From: a virus
Direction: 5' to 3' (one strand)
DNA length: 64,000 nucleotides
IMG/VR virus record: IMGVR_UViG_3300005563_000029
Coordinates: 32,001-96,000 of that record
Below are positions 8,630 through 18,748 of this stretch, piece by piece (the stretch's first letter is position 1; every line of letters begins with the position of its first letter). Both the position numbers and the translations under genes were made by a program. The notes under the pieces were generated by a model, which was given only the letters and a program-made list of their open reading frames with translations, did not search any database and was not told the origin of the DNA.

Positions 8630-9333
8630 GCCGCGTCCTTCAAGTCCGAGGCGGTGACGGTAACCAAGTTCTGATACTCGGACTCGGTCCACAGTCGGCC
8701 GCAGCCGCCGAGTCGAGGGGAGCACTCAACATAGGACGACCCGTCATCACGACGCAGCGCCAGCAGGTCACAGCTGGGGCAGCGCACCGGGTATTTGTGG
8801 ACGAGCTTGTCCCGACCGGTGAACTTCATGGCCTTGCGGTGCCAGTCCAGAATGGCGGTGCCGGGGGAAATGTCGGGGTCGGTGGCGTCCGGATGCGAAA
8901 TCAGTAGCCAGTCAACGGACACGACGAGTACGTCAATGGCGCGGTTGAGGATGATCGGCTCGAACGTTGCGGCGCGGTCAGACCAGCCCCGCAAAGAGCG
9001 CATCGCGTCTTCGATGTCGGCGACGCCGCCAACAATGAGGTCGGTCATCAACCGGGCGGACTGTCCTGGCCACGCAGGCGCCGAGGAGGTGGTGACGCGT
9101 TCGGTGGTCGTGGTTTTGGGTGTGGCATTTAGTGCTTCCAGGTGGATGGCGGCAACGAGCTCGGGGAGTCCGTCGAGCGCGGTTAGAACGCGGAATCGGC
9201 AGTGGTCGCACCAGTAGGGGTTGCCGTACCAGGGGCGGATGTCGTGTGGAATCTGGGTTTTGGTGCTTTCGGCTTCGGCTCGGCGCCAGCTGATGTTGCA
9301 GGGGCCTGCACAGGCGAAGGGGTCTTTGTTCAC
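8626..9333 (-). CDS. Zn-finger protein, possible late-gene regulator
   Basis: N-terminal CAGPC/CDHC and C-terminal CPSC...C...GCGRLWTESEY; positioned before the late operon. Confidence 0.7.
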   Translation of the reverse strand: MNKDPFACAGPCNISWRRAEAESTKTQIPHDIRPWYGNPYWCDHCRFRVLTALDGLPELVAAIHLEALNATPKTTTTERVTTSSAPAWPGQSARLMTDLIVGGVADIEDAMRSLRGWSDRAATFEPIILNRAIDVLVVSVDWLLISHPDATDPDISPGTAILDWHRKAMKFTGRDKLVHKYPVRCPSCDLLALRRDDGSSYVECSPRLGGCGRLWTESEYQNLVTVTASDLKDAA

Positions 9334-9454
9334 CGCGACTCCCGAGTGATCGTCTACTCTTTGGGGTGCGGTGGTTGTGAGTCGCGTGTTGCCAGTGGTG
9401 GATGGCGGCCCGTGCTGGTTACGCGGTTTCACCGAGTGTAAGGGCAGGGCGTGT

Positions 9455-9487
9455 AAAGGCCCGCACCATGCGATGGTGCGGGCCTTT
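9455..9487. terminator. Perfect inverted repeat, terminator
   Basis: AAAGGCCCGCACCAT-GCG-ATGGTGCGGGCCTTT. Confidence 0.75.
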
Positions 9488-9654
9488 CGTTTGCGCCGGG
9501 TCGGCTAACGCGTCTTACGTAGCCGTTCGTTGCCGGCCAACAGGTCGGGCTGCTTCTCGTTCTGCTTCTCGTTGTTCTTCGGGTCTTGTCCGCGTGCAGA
9601 GTTGGGTGTTCTGTCTGGCACGGCTTCCTCCTTTTCGTGGACGGATACGGCGGG

Positions 9655-9882
9655 CTAGCCGCGCTGGCGTCCCCGCTTCATCATGTCGTTCCAGCCGTCC
9701 AGGCCTTCGTCGAGCTGCTTGCGGCAGTCGTCGGCCTGGAAGGACTGGCCGCGCTTCTCGTGGTATTTGATGCCGAGGGCGCCGGCTTCGGCTCTGCCCG
9801 CGAGCCACAGCGCCTTGCTCTGCTCGTCCTCGGTGAGCTTGCCGAATGCGTCGGCGTCGCTCATGTTCTTGTTCCTGGCCAT
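9655..9882 (-). CDS. Hypothetical protein
   Basis: RBS GAAAGG; charged small protein. Confidence 0.65.
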   Translation of the reverse strand: MARNKNMSDADAFGKLTEDEQSKALWLAGRAEAGALGIKYHEKRGQSFQADDCRKQLDEGLDGWNDMMKRGRQRG

Positions 9883-9972
9883 GGTGGTGCCTTTCTGCTT
9901 CGGTGCCGAGTCGGCTTGCCCGATCGGTCGGCGCCGGCGGCGAGTTCGATGTTCGCCGCCGACACCCACCTG

Positions 9973-10431
9973 TCAGACAGGGCCGTCCTCGGTGTTCTTC
10001 GACGACGGCTGCACGGGCTTGCCGATGTCGCGGTGTTCGACGTCGGCGCCGTGGCCCTGCGCGCGGAGCCGCCGGGCGATCTCCTCGGCGATGGCGACGG
10101 AGCGGTGCCGTCCGCCCATGCAGATGATCAGCGCGTCCTGGCGGTGGCCGGTGGTGCGGGTCCAGGTGTAGGCGGCGAGGATCCGGCCGACGGTGTCGTC
10201 GATGATCTGCTGGGCGCCGGGCGTGTTCAGGACGTGGTCGCGGACTTTCGCGTCGAGCCCGGTCAGCTTGATCATGCCGGGGTCGTCGGCGGGGTTCCGC
10301 AGCGCGGTGCGCAGGTCGACCAGGATCGTCGGGGCGGTGCACTCAGGCAGCGGACCGTGCAGGACGCCGGCGGTGGTGATGACGGTGCGGATCATGTCGG
10401 TGTCGACGGGCAGGGTCGGGTTCGACATCAT
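9973..10431 (-). CDS. RapZ C-terminal-domain protein
   Basis: LRNP...LTGLD..VRDHV...ICMGGRHRSVAIAEEIARRL...VEHRDI. Confidence 0.85.
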   Translation of the reverse strand: MMSNPTLPVDTDMIRTVITTAGVLHGPLPECTAPTILVDLRTALRNPADDPGMIKLTGLDAKVRDHVLNTPGAQQIIDDTVGRILAAYTWTRTTGHRQDALIICMGGRHRSVAIAEEIARRLRAQGHGADVEHRDIGKPVQPSSKNTEDGPV

Positions 10432-10592
10432 GGTGGTGTCTCCTACGGGTGTAGTCCGTTGGGGGATTGGGTCGGTCGCCTGGCAGGGCGGCCGGCCCTT
10501 CTTTGTGCTCTGAGAATCAGTATGCTGCGATGCGCGATAGATCGCTATAATTTGCAGGGGTTTCCTGTTGCCTTACGCGCTGAGGTGGCTTG

Positions 10593-11162
10593 CTAGGACT
10601 GTTTCCTGCTTCGGGAGCTTGATTTCCGCCAGCCCAGCAGCTCCTCGGCGTGGCGGTCGGCGCGACGACCGGCGGCCTGAGCGTTCCGCAGCGCCTTCTG
10701 ATACTCCGCCTCGGCTTTGCGTAGCCGCCGCTCCGGGTTAGCTGACTCCGAACCGGCGAAGGTGCCGTCGGGGTTCTGCAGGAACCGCTCTCTGATCGGC
10801 TCTGCTTTAGGCTGCCGCGCCGATGGCGCGGAAGCTGTACTTCGGCGTCTCGTGGTGCCGGGCTTCGATGCCTGGGACGGCTTCGAAGGCTGAGAGGCTG
10901 TGCGGTAGCCAACGGTCTTCTTTGGCCGTGTGTGCTTCTTCTTCTGCGGGGCCTTCGTCTCCACCACGCGTCCGTCGGCCTCGATACGCATGTAGCGGGT
11001 CCGGACGCGCCCGGTCAGCCCGTCTCGTTCCTTCACCGGGAAGGTCTTGCTGAACGTGAGCCCGAGCAGCTTCTTCAGCTCGCCCTTCGTCGGGCCGTTG
11101 TGGCCGAACAGGACGCGCCACAACAGGCCGGGCTTGTGGCTGCCCTTCTTGCGGGCGGCCAT
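10593..11162 (-). CDS. Basic hypothetical protein downstream of traB
   Basis: Coupled to FtsK stop; Lys/Arg-rich. Confidence 0.7.
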   Translation of the reverse strand: MAARKKGSHKPGLLWRVLFGHNGPTKGELKKLLGLTFSKTFPVKERDGLTGRVRTRYMRIEADGRVVETKAPQKKKHTRPKKTVGYRTASQPSKPSQASKPGTTRRRSTASAPSARQPKAEPIRERFLQNPDGTFAGSESANPERRLRKAEAEYQKALRNAQAAGRRADRHAEELLGWRKSSSRSRKQS

Positions 11163-13381
11163 TAGGCATCCTTCCTGACGGGTTCGTCAACCATGTCGAT
11201 GCGCCACCAGCGCTCAGCCCGACCGTCCTTCACCGAGGTGATGAACCCACGGTCGTTCCACGCGCGCAGCCGGGTGCGGACGTTCGACTCGGAGGTGAAC
11301 CCGTCAAGCTGCTTCGCGGCCAGCTCCATCGCGGTGGCGCCTTCGCTGCCGTACTCGCCTAGCAGGTTCCACAGAGCGAGGTGCTTCAACTCGACTGCCT
11401 CGTTGGTGTTCGGGTAGGTCGTAACGAGCCGCAGATCGGGGCGGCGCCCTTCGACCTGCACCGAGTCAACGACGCGGCTCGTGCGGTAGCCGCCACCGCC
11501 ACCGGAAGGCGGCGGGTCGAACATTTCCAGCGGATCCTGCCCGGCGGCGATTGCCTCGTCGAACGCGTTCATGCCGGCCTCGAAGTCTTCTGCAGCCATG
11601 GAGTCCAGCCGCTCCACGCGCCCTTCGTAGCGAGCCACGTAGTCGGCTGCGGTTTCGACATCCACGAACGGCGGCTTGCGATGGTAGGGCCTGGGGTAGG
11701 TCAGCGACTTCACCAGGAACTTCCCGACGCCGTCGAGCTGGTCCACTCGGAAGCCGTCCTTCTCGGCGGTGGCACCGAACTGCATGCGGCTGACTTCCTT
11801 CTCGCCACGGAACGCCGTGTGCTCGCCGAACTGGTGCCGGGCGTCGGTGTTGGGGCCGAACACCGGGCCGGACGGGACCTGTGTCGCAACGGCGTAGGTG
11901 ACCTTCGATGCGGCGACCAGCGCCAGGTTCGACTTCAGGATCGGGGGCGCCAGCTTCGGGTAGCGCAGTGTCAGCTCGGCAAGCTCGTCGATGATCACCA
12001 CGATGCGCGGTCCTTCGGCCAGGTCCCACTCGTCGATGCCGCGCTCGCGCATGCGGCGGCCCCGTCCGGCGGCGATTGCTTTTACCCCGTATTGGATTCG
12101 CAGTCCGTCAATCGGGTCGGTGGCGAGGCGGTACATCACCGGCTCGAACATTCCCAGGCCTGGAGCACCGTCTTTGCAGTCGATGCCGATGCGCACGATC
12201 GGGCATTCGAGTGTTTTCACGATCAGGTAGCGCAGATACGCGGACTTGCCCATGCGGGTGCGGCCGGTGATGAGCTTGTGTTCGCGGAAGTCGGTTTCGG
12301 TTTTCCGGCCGGCTTCGTCAATGGCGCTGAGGAACGGCTTCTCGACGGTGGTCGCCATGGCGCCGTCCCACGGGTAGTCCTCGTCGGTGCGGTCGGGACC
12401 GTCGTAGACGGTGATCACACCCTTGGCGCCGTGGGTGGGTTCGATCTCGATACGGCGTGCGCGGGCGTTGCTTTTGATCACCTCGTGCTTCTTCGCCAAC
12501 TGTTCGGGTGAGAGGGTTCCGGCGGGTAGTTCGAACGGGAGCCGCCAGGTGTCTTCGGCGACCTTCATCGGCGAACCAAACCACGTGCCGTTGATCTTCA
12601 TGGCTTCCAGTGCCTGCCGCAGCCGGTGCTCATATGGGTTCGACGGCATGCGGTTGTCCGGCAGGGCGAACGGCGGGATCACCGGCAACGACATCCCGGC
12701 ACCCGGCATCGGGCCCGGGTTGGAGGCGGCAGCGAAGTCGATGACTGCGCGCACTGCCCGGTGCCGGGCGTACTGCTGCCACGCCCACTTGCCGCCGTAG
12801 ACGGCGGCAGCGGATCCGGCAGCGAGCATGCAGCCGATGCCGGAGAACCCGGCGCCGACTGCCGCTCCGCCGGAGAACGCTGCCGCCCCGATGCCGAGCA
12901 GCGTCCGGGTGCCGCCACGGTCTGCGGGCTCGACGTCGGCATCGCGGGCCACGAGATTGCCGGCCATGGTTCCGAACGCACCGAAGGCCATGAATACTGC
13001 GCCAGCGGTGGTGAACCCGGCAGACATGAGGGCGTGCAGTGGTTCGGAGTGGGCCCAGAACCCGAGCCCGGACCAGGATGCGATGGCGACGCCGGGCCAG
13101 ACGTGGGTCCAACCAGGCCATGCGGCGATGGCGGATCGGGACGTCGGCCGCGGCAGATCGGAGGCGAGGAGCGCGTTGAGGGTGAGCTGGCCGTGTCGGC
13201 TCAGATCGTTGTAGTTGTAGCCGCCCTGCTGGCCCGGGAACACAGCTGAAGGCCAGGTGAGACCGCCTTCGTCGGGCATGTCGGGAGCCATCTGGGAATT
13301 GAGCCGATCCGGCATGAGGTGGCCGCCCCACCGGCCGTCATCCGGTGAAACGACGATCTCGTCGGTGTCATGTCGTGTCAT
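11162..13381 (-). CDS. traB: FtsK/SpoIIIE-family DNA translocase (TraB-like conjugal transfer protein)
   Basis: N-terminal TM segments, Walker A GRTRMGKS, Walker B IVVIIDELAEL, ATQ motif, C-terminal winged helix. Confidence 0.88.
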   Translation of the reverse strand: MTRHDTDEIVVSPDDGRWGGHLMPDRLNSQMAPDMPDEGGLTWPSAVFPGQQGGYNYNDLSRHGQLTLNALLASDLPRPTSRSAIAAWPGWTHVWPGVAIASWSGLGFWAHSEPLHALMSAGFTTAGAVFMAFGAFGTMAGNLVARDADVEPADRGGTRTLLGIGAAAFSGGAAVGAGFSGIGCMLAAGSAAAVYGGKWAWQQYARHRAVRAVIDFAAASNPGPMPGAGMSLPVIPPFALPDNRMPSNPYEHRLRQALEAMKINGTWFGSPMKVAEDTWRLPFELPAGTLSPEQLAKKHEVIKSNARARRIEIEPTHGAKGVITVYDGPDRTDEDYPWDGAMATTVEKPFLSAIDEAGRKTETDFREHKLITGRTRMGKSAYLRYLIVKTLECPIVRIGIDCKDGAPGLGMFEPVMYRLATDPIDGLRIQYGVKAIAAGRGRRMRERGIDEWDLAEGPRIVVIIDELAELTLRYPKLAPPILKSNLALVAASKVTYAVATQVPSGPVFGPNTDARHQFGEHTAFRGEKEVSRMQFGATAEKDGFRVDQLDGVGKFLVKSLTYPRPYHRKPPFVDVETAADYVARYEGRVERLDSMAAEDFEAGMNAFDEAIAAGQDPLEMFDPPPSGGGGGYRTSRVVDSVQVEGRRPDLRLVTTYPNTNEAVELKHLALWNLLGEYGSEGATAMELAAKQLDGFTSESNVRTRLRAWNDRGFITSVKDGRAERWWRIDMVDEPVRKDA

Positions 13382-14436
13382 CAGAAGGACACCTCGGCGT
13401 GGCTGGGCTCGCGGCCGGCCGGGTTGTCGTCTTCGGTTTCGCCGCCTTCCAGGAGCTTCTCGACGGCGGCGCGGATGTTCCGTTCGGACCGCGGAGAGCC
13501 GGGGATCTTGAGGTCGGGGTGGGCATTGCGGAGCAGGCTCGCAAGGACCGGCGCCGTGGGTGCTTCGCCGTGCTTGTCGGAGTAGCGCTGCCACAGCGGC
13601 AATGCCAGCTTCGCCCAGTCGGTGGCAGAGGGGCGCCCGCTGCCGTCGGTCGTTGTCGTCGCACCGTCCCGCTTGCCGTTGCCGCTTGCCGCTGCCGGGG
13701 CGGGCTCATTGCCGCTGCCGTCGGCAGGCATTGCCGCGGCGGTTGCCGTTGCCACTTCCTCCAACGCCGTTGCCGCTGCCGGGGCGGGTTCGGCTGCTGC
13801 CTTCTTCGGTGCCGCGGGCTTCGGTGCCGCTGCCGGTGCCGTCCGGGTGTCGGTGAGTTGCCGTAGCAGCCACGGCCCGACGAAGCCCATCGCCATCAGA
13901 AGGAACGGCCCGACGGCGGAGAAGCCGGCGAGCTGGTACCGGTGGACGTAGATCGACGGTCCGCAGTTGAGCGCGAACATGATCAGCGCGCAGATGATCG
14001 ACAGTGCGTGGACGCGCCACAGTTCGGACTCGGACATGCCGCGGTACGACAGCCATGTCGCGGCGACGATCATGCCGGTGGCGGTGAGGTCGACGGCGGG
14101 GCCGGTGAGGTAGGCGATGCGCCAGTCGATGCCGAGGCTCTTGCCGAGGTCGCCGACGTTGCCGAACGAGAACAGGAACGTCAGCAGCGGCACGACGGCC
14201 ATGACGAACAGGACGATGCCGACGATGATGCGCTCGACGCGGTCGGGCTGCTTGGACTCGTCGGCGGTCTTGGAATTGCGGTTTCTGGCTTTAGGCTGTG
14301 CGGTGTTCACGTCGATCCCTGAAATCGCGTGTGACACAGCAGCCCGGCGGTTTGTGCTGGCCGCCGGGTTTTGCTGAGGCCCCAACCTCGCGTCCACTTT
14401 ATCCGGATCGCCGGGGGTATCAAAGTTCGAATTCAC
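13381..14436 (-). CDS. SpdA-like / DUF2637 membrane protein
   Basis: TFLFSFGNVGDLGKSLGI..RIAYLTGPAVDL; four TM segments; C-terminal HTH-like region. Confidence 0.75.
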   Translation of the reverse strand: MNSNFDTPGDPDKVDARLGPQQNPAASTNRRAAVSHAISGIDVNTAQPKARNRNSKTADESKQPDRVERIIVGIVLFVMAVVPLLTFLFSFGNVGDLGKSLGIDWRIAYLTGPAVDLTATGMIVAATWLSYRGMSESELWRVHALSIICALIMFALNCGPSIYVHRYQLAGFSAVGPFLLMAMGFVGPWLLRQLTDTRTAPAAAPKPAAPKKAAAEPAPAAATALEEVATATAAAMPADGSGNEPAPAAASGNGKRDGATTTTDGSGRPSATDWAKLALPLWQRYSDKHGEAPTAPVLASLLRNAHPDLKIPGSPRSERNIRAAVEKLLEGGETEDDNPAGREPSHAEVSF

Positions 14437-14726
14437 GGTGTGGCTCTCCGGATCAGTTCGGGCGCGCCTCGGGTGATGTACGAGGCGGTCGCGGTGACGG
14501 CGGCAAAGATCAGCAGCAGTGCGTAGGGGGCGCCGGTAGCGGGCCAGGTAAGCAGCCACAGCCCGAGGCCAGATGCAGCGGTGCGGCGTCCGTAGCGTGC
14601 GTATAGGTGGGTGAGGCGCAGGGTTTCGGTGTCGGGCGCGGTGGTAGCGCAGGCGAGGAACGCGAAGGTTCCAGCGCCGGCGGCGCAGGCTCCGAGGAGC
14701 AGCAGGGCGCAGGTGATAGTGGTCAT
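14433..14726 (-). CDS. Small membrane protein of transfer module
   Basis: Three hydrophobic segments; RBS GAGGAG. Confidence 0.65.
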   Translation of the reverse strand: MTTITCALLLLGACAAGAGTFAFLACATTAPDTETLRLTHLYARYGRRTAASGLGLWLLTWPATGAPYALLLIFAAVTATASYITRGAPELIRRATP

Positions 14727-14891
14727 GGCGGTGGTACTCCTCTCGACTTGCTGGAACCCGGCCGTCACACTGAGGTTGGGGACTCGGAGTGTGACGGCCG
14801 GGGCTTGTGGGTCAGCGCCGCCTGGGCTGGCTGGCGGGCTTGACTTGGACGGCCCGGACAGAAGGACTAGCGGGCCGGTGCTTGCCGAGCG

Positions 14892-15119
14892 TCAGAACCA
14901 GCGGCGCTTCGCAGCCTTGGCCGTTTCACGGGCCTGCTCGTCGAGGTAGTCCTGGTCGCCCTTGCGCTGCTGCGTCCAGCCGTGGATGAACTCGTGGTCG
15001 ACGCGGCCGAACGGTCCGCGGCGTGCGTTCTCGACGCCGTCCTGGGTTTCCTTGCGGTGGGCCTCGGCGCGGTTCTTCGCTTCGGTGGCGGCTTGCTGGC
15101 GGGCCTGTGAGCGGGACAT
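14892..15119 (-). CDS. Hypothetical protein ending in KRRWF
   Basis: RBS GAAAGGA. Confidence 0.65.
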   Translation of the reverse strand: MSRSQARQQAATEAKNRAEAHRKETQDGVENARRGPFGRVDHEFIHGWTQQRKGDQDYLDEQARETAKAAKRRWF

Positions 15120-15165
15120 TGTTCCGGTTCCTTTCGTCTGGCCCGGCGGGTGCCGGGCTGGTGGT

Positions 15166-15366
15166 TCAGCTGTGCTTCGCGAACGAGGCGGCGGCGCGCT
15201 GGTAGAAGGCGAGGGTCTCCGAGTCGGTGTTGGTCTTGGTGGGCTCCTCGCCGTTGCGGTCGAGCTGGCCGGTGTAGCCGGAGGCGCGTTCGGTCTGGAA
15301 GTTCTTGTCGGCGTTGGCCGGCTTTTCCTTGCTGATGGTCAGTTGCGGGGTCCGCGTCAGGGTCAT
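15166..15366 (-). CDS. Hypothetical protein
   Basis: RBS GAGGA. Confidence 0.6.
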   Translation of the reverse strand: MTLTRTPQLTISKEKPANADKNFQTERASGYTGQLDRNGEEPTKTNTDSETLAFYQRAAASFAKHS

Positions 15367-15387
15367 GTCGTTGTCCTCTCGTGTCGG

Positions 15388-15627
15388 TCAGTGCCCGAGC
15401 GGGTTCGCCGGGGCGTGGTCGGTGTGGTCGGTGACGCCGGGGTTTTCGGCGTGGTGGGCCATGGCGGTGAAGATCGGCTGCCACTGGCTGGTGTCGACCG
15501 GGATCCAGTCCGGTGCCACGACGGCCGGGGTGTCGCCGATCGCGTCCTGCACGGTGCGGCTGGTGGTGGCGGTGTAGGCCTCGTGTAGCGGGTTCGGGCC
15601 GGCGTCGAGGCGGCGGAAAAGGTTCAC
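15388..15627 (-). CDS. Hypothetical protein
   Basis: GTGA overlap; RBS GGAGG. Confidence 0.55.
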   Translation of the reverse strand: MNLFRRLDAGPNPLHEAYTATTSRTVQDAIGDTPAVVAPDWIPVDTSQWQPIFTAMAHHAENPGVTDHTDHAPANPLGH

Positions 15628-16094
15628 TGCATCGCCTCCTCGATCAGCGCCGCGTGCTGCGCGTCGAGGTCGCCTGCCATGGCCCGGATCCGGTCGTCGT
15701 CCAGGTCGCTCATGGGCGGCGGCGCGGTCGGCGGCTGGTCGCCATCCCAGCCGAGCCACACTCCACCGGCATCGCCGTCGTCATCGTTGTGGGCCGGGCA
15801 CAGGTGGCAGGGCCGGTCTTCCTCGTTGAGGACCTCGTGAGACTTGTCGGCAATCAGGCTGTAGCCGATCCCAGCCAAAACCAGCGGCACGGTGGCGAAC
15901 GCCGCAACGGGACGCACGGCTGCGATCACGTTGAGAACGGAAGTAGCGACGACGACCTTGGCGACGCTGACGCGGTGGTACCAGCCGAGCATGATGCGGC
16001 GTGCAGCACGGCGCTGTTCGAGCCACGCGGCGGCGGTGAGTTCGGCGGAGTAGATCCGGGCGCCGAGGTACTGCGCCACCATGAGGGGGTTCAT
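15624..16094 (-). CDS. Hypothetical membrane protein
   Basis: ATGA overlap; TM segments. Confidence 0.6.
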   Translation of the reverse strand: MNPLMVAQYLGARIYSAELTAAAWLEQRRAARRIMLGWYHRVSVAKVVVATSVLNVIAAVRPVAAFATVPLVLAGIGYSLIADKSHEVLNEEDRPCHLCPAHNDDDGDAGGVWLGWDGDQPPTAPPPMSDLDDDRIRAMAGDLDAQHAALIEEAMQ

Positions 16095-16687
16095 GGCCGC
16101 CCCGCCTCTCCGTCTTCGCCCCGGTACGGCCCGAACACGTCGGCGTACCGCCAGTCGGCACGCTCCTCGACGCCGGGCCGGTACATGGTGACTTCGATTG
16201 CGCCGTCGGTTCCGGCTGGGACCTCGCGCATCGCCCAGGTGTGGGTGATGCACAGGCAGTCGGCCGCCTCGGCGGTTCCGGCGCCGCCGTCGTAACGGCC
16301 GTGCCTGATCACTGCGACGTGGGCGTGCCACACGTCCTCGACGCCCCAGTCGGCCATGTCGGCGAAGTCGAGTTCGCTGTTGTAGATCTCGCCGTACAGG
16401 CTGTCGAACAGGGCGTGCGGGTCGTCGTGGGTTTCGGTGATGGCGTGGACGGCGGCCATGAATGAGGCGGGGTCGTGGTGGCCGATCGCGACGAGAGTGT
16501 CGTCGTCGCCGCAGCCGCTGATGGTGATGCCGGCGTGGGTGTGGCCGGTGGCGGCGAGCAGGGCGCGGGCGGTGTTCTCGGGCACGGGGCGCGGCGTGTG
16601 GTCGAGTCCGGCGGCGGCGGTGATGCGGGCCTGTTGGGCGGCGTGGCGTGCCGCCATGGCTTCTTCGATGCTGTCGTAGTTGATCAC
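16091..16687 (-). CDS. Hypothetical protein
   Basis: GTGA overlap; good codon usage. Confidence 0.65.
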   Translation of the reverse strand: MINYDSIEEAMAARHAAQQARITAAAGLDHTPRPVPENTARALLAATGHTHAGITISGCGDDDTLVAIGHHDPASFMAAVHAITETHDDPHALFDSLYGEIYNSELDFADMADWGVEDVWHAHVAVIRHGRYDGGAGTAEAADCLCITHTWAMREVPAGTDGAIEVTMYRPGVEERADWRYADVFGPYRGEDGEAGRP

Positions 16688-16881
16688 GGCCGGGTCTCCT
16701 CTCCGGTGTTGCTGTGGGTGGCGATCCATCGCCGCGCGAACTTCCCAAGCTGCGGAATCTCCGCTGCGGCTTCCCGTGCGGCGGTTTCGGCGTCGTAGTC
16801 TTCGAGGTCGAAGACGTGCTCGCGCAGCCCGGCCAGCAGTACGGCGTCGTAGGCGTCGCCTGCGGTAATGGATTGGGTCAT
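16684..16881 (-). CDS. Hypothetical protein
   Basis: ATGA overlap. Confidence 0.6.
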   Translation of the reverse strand: MTQSITAGDAYDAVLLAGLREHVFDLEDYDAETAAREAAAEIPQLGKFARRWIATHSNTGEETRP

Positions 16882-17309
16882 CTCGACCACTCCACATTCA
16901 GCTCAAACCAGACGATCTTGCCTGCGCGGGTTTTGGTCTCGCCCCACCTGGTCGCCAGCGTGGACACGATCAGCAGTCCGCGGCCGTGCTCGTCGTCAGC
17001 CAAGTCCGAAACCGGGATGGCCAGGTCAGGATCAGAAACAGTGACCCGCAGGTGCCCGTGCCACCAGGCGGCGGTGACGGTGACGTCGTCGACGCCGGCG
17101 TTGTGCACAAGTGCGTTAGTGACGACTTCCGACACCAGCAGCACCGCGTTCTCGGCGGTATCGCCGTGCACGTCCCACTGCGCGAGGGTCTTGCCCAGCC
17201 ATGCGCGGGCCTCGGCCACGGACGTTAAGGCGCGGGGCACGATGGTGTCGGCAAAGCTCGGTGCGTCGGTCACAGGGTGGTCCAGACGGGTCATGGTGGC
17301 GACGGTCAT
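16878..17309 (-). CDS. HATPase-like (RsbW/anti-sigma-type) ATP-binding protein
   Basis: LLVSEVVTNALVH...LRVTVSD...DEHGRGLLIV...RWG...GKIVWFEL. Confidence 0.9.
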   Translation of the reverse strand: MTVATMTRLDHPVTDAPSFADTIVPRALTSVAEARAWLGKTLAQWDVHGDTAENAVLLVSEVVTNALVHNAGVDDVTVTAAWWHGHLRVTVSDPDLAIPVSDLADDEHGRGLLIVSTLATRWGETKTRAGKIVWFELNVEWSR

Positions 17310-17314
17310 GGGGA

Positions 17315-17677
17315 TCAGCCCCTGTCGAGGGTGTCGGTAACGGGCACGATGAGGCGGCCGTTCTGGCGGGCCCAGGCGTGGGCGCGTTGTTCGGCGGTGG
17401 AGACAGCGGCGCACCGCGGCGGGGCCTGTATCTGCCAGGTGACGCCGGCGCCGAACGCTTGGAACGCCCAGACGGTGCCGTCGGAGGCGGTGTGCGGGCC
17501 GGGCATGTCGTGGGTTTCGGCGATACGGGCCACGTCCTCAGCGCTTCCGGCCTTGATGATGACCGGCAGGTAGTCCCACACGGGCAGGGTCGCGTCGTAC
17601 TCGATCCAGTCCCGCAGTGCAGTCAGCCCTTTGACGGCGGCGGCGTGACGGGCAATCCGGTCGGTGTGCTCGTTCAC
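17315..17677 (-). CDS. Hypothetical protein
   Basis: GTGA overlap. Confidence 0.6.
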   Translation of the reverse strand: MNEHTDRIARHAAAVKGLTALRDWIEYDATLPVWDYLPVIIKAGSAEDVARIAETHDMPGPHTASDGTVWAFQAFGAGVTWQIQAPPRCAAVSTAEQRAHAWARQNGRLIVPVTDTLDRG

Positions 17678-18264
17678 TGGGTCACCGCGCAGTTCTCGGC
17701 GTGGACGGTGGCGAGCCCGGTGACGTCGGCCCGGCCGCGGGTCAGGTCGCGGATGGTGGCGGCGGGGCTGTACACGAGCACGTGGAACCGGCCGCAGCGG
17801 GAGCAGGCCACGTCCAGGCAGTTGTGGTTTGGGTCGTGGATGACGGCCACGGTGGTGCGGTCCGTGCCCGGGATGATCGCGAGAATGTTCTCGGCGGTGA
17901 CCGGCTTGCGGGCCGCGGTGAGGGCTTCGGCGGGGATCCACACGCTATTCCCGGTGACGCGCAGCACCAGCCAATACCCGAACATGTGGCCGTGGAACTC
18001 CATGCCGGCGACGACACCGCCGGCGCCCGGGTGCTCGGGCGCGTCCGGGCGGACACGGACCTTGTCGCCGTCTGCGAACAGCGGCGTGCCGTGCGGCAGA
18101 ATCGTCAGCGCGTCCTCGGCAGCGAACCAGGCGACGCCGTCGGCGCAGTCGATGATGTAGTCGTGGCCGTTGCCGGCGCCGACGTACTCACGGACGGTGC
18201 CGACGCGGGCCAAGCTGGCGCGGGTATAGACGACGCGGTCTTCAGGGTTGAAGGCGGTCATCAC
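17674..18264 (-). CDS. Tandem SH3/KOW-like domain protein
   Basis: FNPEDRV and FADGDKVRV repeats. Confidence 0.6.
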   Translation of the reverse strand: MMTAFNPEDRVVYTRASLARVGTVREYVGAGNGHDYIIDCADGVAWFAAEDALTILPHGTPLFADGDKVRVRPDAPEHPGAGGVVAGMEFHGHMFGYWLVLRVTGNSVWIPAEALTAARKPVTAENILAIIPGTDRTTVAVIHDPNHNCLDVACSRCGRFHVLVYSPAATIRDLTRGRADVTGLATVHAENCAVTQ

Positions 18265-18506
18265 GACTCACCCGCCTCATCGGCCGACGCCTCAGCCAGG
18301 GTGAGAAAGCCTGCGGCCACGAAGACCCGCGTGTCGGGCTTGTCGTCGAACACGACCGCGTAGCCGTCGGCGGGCTCGGCGTTGAAAGGGCCGGTGCCGT
18401 ATGCGGAAAACACGACCGTCGCCTGCGCCTGCTGCGTGGTCTGCTCCTGGGCGTTGCCGAACACCCAGGTGACGGTGACGCGGTCGTCGGGCTGGAATTT
18501 GCTCAC
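18261..18506 (-). CDS. SH3-like small protein
   Basis: FQPDDRVTV...YAVVFD. Confidence 0.6.
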   Translation of the reverse strand: MSKFQPDDRVTVTWVFGNAQEQTTQQAQATVVFSAYGTGPFNAEPADGYAVVFDDKPDTRVFVAAGFLTLAEASADEAGES

Positions 18507-18748
18507 CGTTCGACTCCTTCCGCGAGAATCGCGCGCAGCTGGTTCAGGTCGATGGGGGCGGGGCGGGTCGAGTACGCGGGCGGCGCGACAGCGGGTGCCG
18601 TCGGCAGTCCGTGCGTGTCGGCGAACGCCTCACGGGCGGCGGTGGTGCGGGCGGCGTGCCCGGACGCGACCACGGCCACGGCGTAGACCAGCGCGACACA
18701 CGCGGCCATCAGTGCGGCGAAGCCGGTCAGGATCCACAGGTCCGTCAT
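18503..18748 (-). CDS. Small membrane protein
   Basis: N-terminal TM; ATGA overlap. Confidence 0.55.
   Translation of the reverse strand: MTDLWILTGFAALMAACVALVYAVAVVASGHAARTTAAREAFADTHGLPTAPAVAPPAYSTRPAPIDLNQLRAILAEGVER

Noticed and set aside
13660-13840. GCCGTTGCC/GCCGCTGCC repeats as TraB clt sites
   Set aside because: They encode an Ala/Thr/Pro-rich linker in the SpdA-like protein; they cannot be distinguished from coding low complexity.
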